This document shows, one piece after another, positions 32,234 through 36,897 of a stretch of 36,897 nt of DNA. This stretch comes from Vezdaea acicularis (Eukaryota). Under the pieces are notes generated by a model. The model searched no databases and was not told the DNA's origin. It saw only the letters and a list, made by a program, of their open reading frames with translations. The translations under genes and the position numbers were made by a program. How positions within the stretch are numbered: position 1 is the first letter of the stretch; the number at the start of each line of letters is the position of its first letter. Where the stretch lies: assembly GCA_026025075.1 (NCBI GenBank), contig JAPEUI010000066.1, forward strand, positions 62,001-98,897, read 5' to 3'.

Positions 32234-35200
32234 TCAAAATAATCTCATCATCATGCGCGATGTCTGCCCGGTGGCACCCCCAAGCGAGCTCTGTTCCGAG
32301 GAATCTGGATAAAAGAAGGCAGCCACCCTATCACGATCGAGTTAGTAGGTTGTCCAATTGAGTAGGGCCTTGAAACGGTCAACTCACGCAATTATTACGT
32401 AGGCAGCACACAGCAATGCGCCTTCCAAGTAATTGCTTCGGCCATCTAAGACGAGAAAATTGACGATGAAAGCAGAGGCAAAGAGCGAGACAGTTTCGAA
32501 GAGGTTGAAATAGAGAGACATGTCTTTTTCGAGCGCCCATCCCAGAAGTACAACGATCGGAGTTACGAATAGCGCTACGCTTTCGTTAGATTGACCGGCT
32601 ACCTTCTTTGAAAAATGGAGTTTTCCTACCAATTTGTATGCTACTTCCCACGGCAACCCCTATCGCCAGGTCCATCTTATTCTTTGCCGCTACAGTCACG
32701 GCACAGACGTGCTCAGCTGCATTTCCGATGATCGGCAAGATAATCAAACCGACAAAAGCCTCGCTCACCCCAGTATTGTCGACTAAGTACTTGATGCTAT
32801 TGACAAGGTACTCAGCGCAAAGCGCTACTAAGCCGGTGGATACAAGCAGAAGTATGACGGCCGATGTTTGAGAAATGTGGTCCTTGAACGTCTCGTCGTC
32901 CTTTGAATCAGATGTTGGTGGCATCACGTGGGGAAGTGGACGAGCAGAAGTTGCAGTCGGTGCCACGGCTTGTCGGTTCAATCGGTCTGGCAGAGAAGCT
33001 GTACGTCGAAGTCCGTACGGTGCCAAAGGAACTGAGCCCGGCGCAATGGCTGGTGGAGTAGAGTCACTGAAGCCTGGAGCTAGCATAGCCGTAGAGAATG
33101 TCTTTTCCAATGCTGGTAGGATCGAGAGATTGCGAATATTGAAAGGCCGCTTCGCCATGAGTGAAACAGGTTCTATCATGTTAGAAGAGTCCACGGCTGG
33201 AGCTGAAGCGTCTACTGGGGCTTTGCCGGACACCTGCTCTATGGCGGAAGGCTTCTCAACTGTTTTCTGTGAAGCACTCGCGAGCTCGGCAAGAGCTTTT
33301 TCCGAAAGGGGAACGCCTGCCTTCTCCTCGTCTGTTGGTCCCTTTCGAGTTTTCTTAAGATGCTTCTTTTCTTTCCTTCCCCTTTTCTTCGTTGAGTTCT
33401 TCTCTAATTCGAAGTCCTTGAAGTTGATAGAACGTCCATGAGGAACACGGGTGGGCCCATTGCCCTCACCATCGGTGTCGGCCTCATCTCCGCTTGCCAT
33501 GGCTGCTGCATCTGCGTTGCGATAATGATGCTGGACTGCTGGTGAGTCTGGTGAAATCAATTCTGGGCTTTCAATTGTATTTGAAGAATCAACTGAACGA
33601 TTCCGTACAATCGCGGCGACATTGGCAGCCTCTTTAGAGCTCGCGCTGGACTTTCGCCGTGTTCTTCCTCGAATGGCCCGTCCAACGCGTTTGATACGCT
33701 TTGCTGTCGTATTCGAGCTTGAGGAGCTGTCGGAATCGCTAGAGCTCGATGAACTTGATGTGTCGGAAGAAGCCGAGGACCCGATGAAATCTGCGAGTAC
33801 ACCGGGATGCGCTTCCTCGTCGATGACATGCTGTGGAGTGCTTGCATACATGAACGAGTGGGATTTCAGCTGGAAAAGTAGATAGAGTCCGTAAACAAGA
33901 AGAAGTATCTAGATACGGGTCATATGTCAAAAATCGTATCAAAAATCTCCCACCTGGGGAACATACTACACTAGTGCCCCGGCTGACTTGAAGCACGGCC
34001 CGGTCAGCGATCTTAGTGTTTGTGAATGAGGCATGGAACGCCGTCTGTAAGCTCGGACCTTCAGCTTAGCTTCATAGATCACAAACAGAGTCTAGGAAGG
34101 AAGTATCATCGAACAAAACTCACTGGTAGTAAGAGGCTCATAACGCTCAAGCTGAGCAGACAAGCACTCATCTGCGTGACTTTGCTATTGTAAATCTAAT
34201 AGATCCTATGAGAACTGGCACGGGCAGTTGATGGATCAGGGTTTCTTACCTGTTCACGATACCGGAGTCCACCTAGGAGGAAACACATCCCCAGGATTAA
34301 TAACAGATTCGAAAGGATGGATCCGAGGAGCGAGGCCTGGACAATGCGAATCTCATTCTAACGGCCATTAGCTATAAGTTCTTTTTGAGTCTAGGGATCT
34401 GTACCTTCACAAGAGCAATGCTGTATTGAGCGATAACAGAAATTAAAAAGTGAGCCAGTGCAATGTATAGCAATTAGGGATTGAACTTCTTCGAAAGAAA
34501 AAGAAGGTGCTCTCTAGCTTTCAAGCTTTGAGAAGGGAAGGTCCCAAGCCTCTGTCTTCCCTGAACTCAACATTCTCGGAGGTAGACATACATGCTTGTT
34601 CCAAGTTAGTCTAATGATCCGAATAAGGTCTCATAATCATGCTTACAAGATAATCAGTTCAACAGCATTTCCGAATGTGACATTCATCAAGGCCCCAACA
34701 GTATCGCCCATTTTGCGAGCAACATTCTCGGTTGCAAAGCTTAACAGAGCTGCTAAGGGGATGATTGCAATTGCATTGATCGCAAATACAACTGTAGGGT
34801 TGATACCAGCTGCGCCAAGCGCAATACCAATGGGTACGAATACCAGGATGACATTAAGCCAACTATAAAAGAAGATTTTCTTAAGAGTATGATAGAACCT
34901 AACCGCTATTTTTTCCCTTTCCTCTATGGTGGAAGATGCCTCTCCCACCCCATCGCCATCGATAGGCGGTGGCGCGGTTGAGGAAAGAGGTGAGGCCGTA
35001 TGGACTGTTCCATTTTCGGCTGAAGCGCTCGGCATAGCAGCAAAGTCGACATGGTTGGTGCCATTGATCGTGGTTGCTGTTGTTGTCGTTGTCGATCTAG
35101 TATGTAGGGAAGCATCAATGCTGCTAGACTGTTGATTGGTCAGGGGTATTATCGGATGTATCACGTCTGCTCCAGTGTGGCGCGAGTTCGAGACATTCGC

Positions 35201-35519
35201 TTTTTCGCGGGCCCATGAGCGGATACGGTCTATGTTGTCAGTTGGAAGCTCAACAGAATCGACCAAGGCGCTCTCAGCATAGAACAACAACTTGCATAAA
35301 CAAGGAAGAACCCATCAGGGTTGGGGTAGATAAAGAGAATGGGGATGTGAGAATTGGAGCGCATCAAGACCCGTTGGGTAACAGGCGGGGAGAGCCACCT
35401 CAAGATGTCTTTGCTTTTCACCGCACTAAGGCAGGCCAGGTACCATCAGGTAAACTGATAGCACCGATAACGAAAGCGACTACAACAGAATGAAAGAATT
35501 TCTTGTGAGACTTACTCAT
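32234..35519 (-). CDS. Ca2+/H+ exchanger (CAX/Vcx1 family, CaCA superfamily) with a long central cytoplasmic loop
   Basis: Proposed exons: 35519-35516, 35229-34647, 34594-34592, 34420-34405, 34357-34250, 34195-34124, 34044-33967, 33908-32630, 32574-32388 and 32327-32234. Alpha-1 repeat: NVTFGNAVELII...QASLLGSILSNLLL. Alpha-2 repeat: LPIIGNAAEH...AVGSSIQIALF. Also contains DGRSNYLEG. Confidence 0.92.
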
Positions 35520-36771
35520 TCTATGCGGGGATGGTTCTCGGGAGACTGGGATGGCAATCACAGCAAGTGATCGGAGATGGATGATGGAGGAAGTGGAAGG
35601 ATTGCCTGACGACACCTAGATGTAGCGAAAGTGGCGCTCTGCCGGAAGTGGATGATGATGACTATCGGCCGCGGTCCATGCGAAATGCCGAGAACACATG
35701 GCAGTGCCAACAACCAGGGACCTAAGATGGACGGGTCGCAACGCCCACCCAACTAACGAAAGCTATTCAGGCCTAAGTTCCCTGTCTACTGTAGCTTTTA
35801 CCTTCAGCTGAATATGAGTTAAGAGAATGGGCCCAGTATGGCAAAGCCCAAAATTTTATACTTCGTCAGGATCACCCTGCATCTTCATGTTCCGATGCCG
35901 TGGTTCCATCGTCCTTTGCCCTGTCATCCTCGATTACGCGTAGCCCTACATAACCGCACACATGACTGCGCTAACTTTGGCGTTCGCGGCTGTTAGCCCA
36001 GAGCTGGGGAAGATTTTATTTTAGCACTCAACACGGAAGGAATCGTGAATACTGGAATGCGATTACAAAATGTTAATATAGTGGAGGACCGTAAGTGTTG
36101 TACATTGACAAGGCCACTAAAATATGGTATAACACCCATAAACCAAGAACTGCCTGCGCTCGATGAGGCATTTATACAATTGATATATCGAAAACCTTCC
36201 CAGGTAATCCGTGAGCTAGCTTTTTTTCGAAAGGATTTATTGATTGCCATGCTTAAAGCATGACCAATGTGAGAAGTATAATTTCGCGAGCGTACGATAC
36301 CTACAACTCCTTACGGTAGCTGCAAGAAATTTTTACTAGCTGCGACCAGCTAGTAAATGATCGTTGGCTGGCAAAAAACAATCACAGAAGAATAGACGAC
36401 AACAAGAGCAAAGGCAGGAATAAATTTATTGTATCTCGATGATGTCAAATGCAACTAGTAGCAGCTGCAGCAGCGGCTTGCGTGATAATGAAAGAGAGTG
36501 AAAAATCAGATAGTTTATGCTGATGGTCATCCAATTTCTAAATAAGCACATTAGGCATTTTCTAAAGCGCTTTGATCACAGCGTGTTTATCTGCGTGGCC
36601 TAAACCTAACCCACTTGTCCCTATAATGCCACTCCCACTTGCCGCGTAGAACTAGCAATAAGATCAACACTTAGGCTCAAATGCTTGAGAAAGTCCATTT
36701 ACACGTAATTAAGGCTTCGATTATTGCACCAGTGCCCGCGCTGGTGTTAAATCGGGGGGCCAAAGCATCAG

Positions 36772-36897
36772 TAGGGTTAGGGTTAGGGTTAGGGTTAGGG
36801 TTAGGGTTAGGGTTAGGGTTAGGGTTAGGGTTAGGGTTAGGGTTAGGGTTAGGGTTAGGGTTAGGGTTAGGGTTAGGGTTAGGGTTAGGGTTAGGGT
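36772..36897 (+). repeat. Telomeric repeat (TTAGGG)n, about 21 perfect copies; right chromosome end
   Basis: An uninterrupted TTAGGG array runs to the end of the sequence, with the G-rich strand oriented 5'->3' toward the end. Confidence 0.98.

Noticed and set aside
35993..36263. Short ORFs next to the telomere
   Set aside because: 72-85 aa with non-ATG starts and no helicase, transposase or other recognisable motifs.

Overview
This is eukaryotic DNA from a filamentous ascomycete (Pezizomycotina-type short GT-AG introns with CTRAY-like branch sites). The window runs to a chromosome end, with about 21 perfect TTAGGG telomere repeats at 36772-36897. I hand-spliced 12 protein-coding genes: a xylitol/sorbitol dehydrogenase (cut by the window edge), a GH2 beta-mannosidase, a GFA/Mss4-like zinc protein, a Rab4-like GTPase, a PAF-acetylhydrolase, a bZIP factor, a CorA-like membrane protein, a spartin/senescence-domain protein, a short/branched-chain acyl-CoA dehydrogenase, a Cps1-type GT2 synthase, a HET-C-domain protein and a Ca2+/H+ exchanger. 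I recognised no tRNA, rRNA, transposon or secondary-metabolite cluster. The most notable observations are: (1) core genes run to within about 1.25 kb of the telomere with no visible subtelomeric repeat; (2) the exchanger gene has an apparent 3-nt micro-exon plus 4-nt and 16-nt coding exons; (3) a degenerate ~80-bp tandem array with a latent ~26-27-aa repeat lies upstream of het-C; (4) a ~4.9-kb GC-rich region with no recognisable gene but a 550-codon ORF lies upstream of cps1; (5) Rab4 and the GFA-like protein carry catalytic-site substitutions. I cannot claim a new multi-gene system from sequence alone. Family assignments come from recalled motifs, not database searches.
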